In this document: positions 63,743 through 64,000 of the stretch, one piece after another
How positions within the stretch are numbered: position 1 is the stretch's first letter
Layout of the letters: each line of letters starts with the position of its first letter
Source of the DNA: Amoebophrya sp. A120
Taxonomy: Eukaryota; Protista; Dinoflagellata
Length of the DNA stretch: 64,000 bases
Assembly: GCA_905178155.1 (NCBI GenBank)
Contig: CAJINV010000005.1
Location: 6,803,223 to 6,867,222, forward strand
Direction of reading: 5' to 3'
The notes under the pieces: generated by a model
Seen by the model: the letters and a program-made list of their open reading frames with translations, nothing else
Told to the model about the DNA's origin: nothing
The model's database searches: none
Program-made: the position numbers and the translations under genes

Positions 63743-64000
63743 TATCAAAGTGAAAAAAGCCCCCACCCCATATCGGCAACGGAAGATGCGCGAATTTGTG
63801 ATGCTGTATTTGAGTACACAAATCGACTTGTATTGCTAGAAGGCCAAGAGACGAAGCTGCGGCCTAAATTGCAGGCAATCTGTCATGCTGTTTCCCACTT
63901 CCAGTTGCCTCCTGTCATCCTGGAGCTGCAAGGCTTTCCCACGCTAGACAGCACTACAGTCCGCATCTTTTGCCTTCTAGCATCACAAAGCTGATTTGTG
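63743..64000. mobile_element. Introner, F6-like, right end outside the window
   Basis: tatcaaagtgaaaaaagcccccaccccatatc follows ggttg; empty site near 34163. Confidence 0.78.

Larger units (their letters stand above)
63317..64000 (+). pseudogene. 5'-truncated paralog of the 31774 family A gene, running off the window
   Basis: KRLRHYNSPMDP.RLWVHLKDEYKFQ matches 34014 onward; no upstream homologous exon. Confidence 0.75.

Noticed and set aside
2472-63994. Recurrent ORF-track peptides such as [24 protein letters not shown] and QTQTYLHLI
   Set aside because: They are translations of introner TIRs, not a protein repeat family.
1-64000. tRNA or rRNA genes
   Set aside because: None recognised by eye; tRNAscan and Infernal were not run.

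Overview
Eukaryotic, alveolate-type genomic DNA. Gene style, co-orientation and intron type point to a syndinian dinoflagellate such as Amoebophrya; this is inference. All host genes lie on the + strand: the 3' part of CFAP57/WDR65 (<1-5957), a ~2090-aa low-complexity orphan, three related putatively secreted proteins with an F-box-like segment, and two tandem copies of a ~1920-aa secreted polyprotein-like gene inside a mosaic 12-15 kb duplication whose junction fuses a kinesin N-terminus to another gene. The dominant feature is 58 insertions in coding sequence. Almost all are bounded by TAT...ATA terminal inverted repeats (TIRs) and a 5-bp target-site duplication (TSD). Removing the element plus one TSD copy restores the reading frame in all 57 complete cases, mostly without GT-AG (introner-type non-canonical introns). 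They fall into about 6 TIR families, occur in both orientations and share an internal GCAT(G/T/C)A(C/G)AAA motif. The two gene copies differ by 16 precise presence/absence sites. Canonical CFAP57 introns look like decayed elements. A second insertion type is flanked by 23-55 bp direct repeats; two examples carry DNA-cutting enzymes (a tyrosine recombinase fragment and a tandem PD-(D/E)XK nuclease). Coordinates were read by hand and may be off by 1-2 nt.
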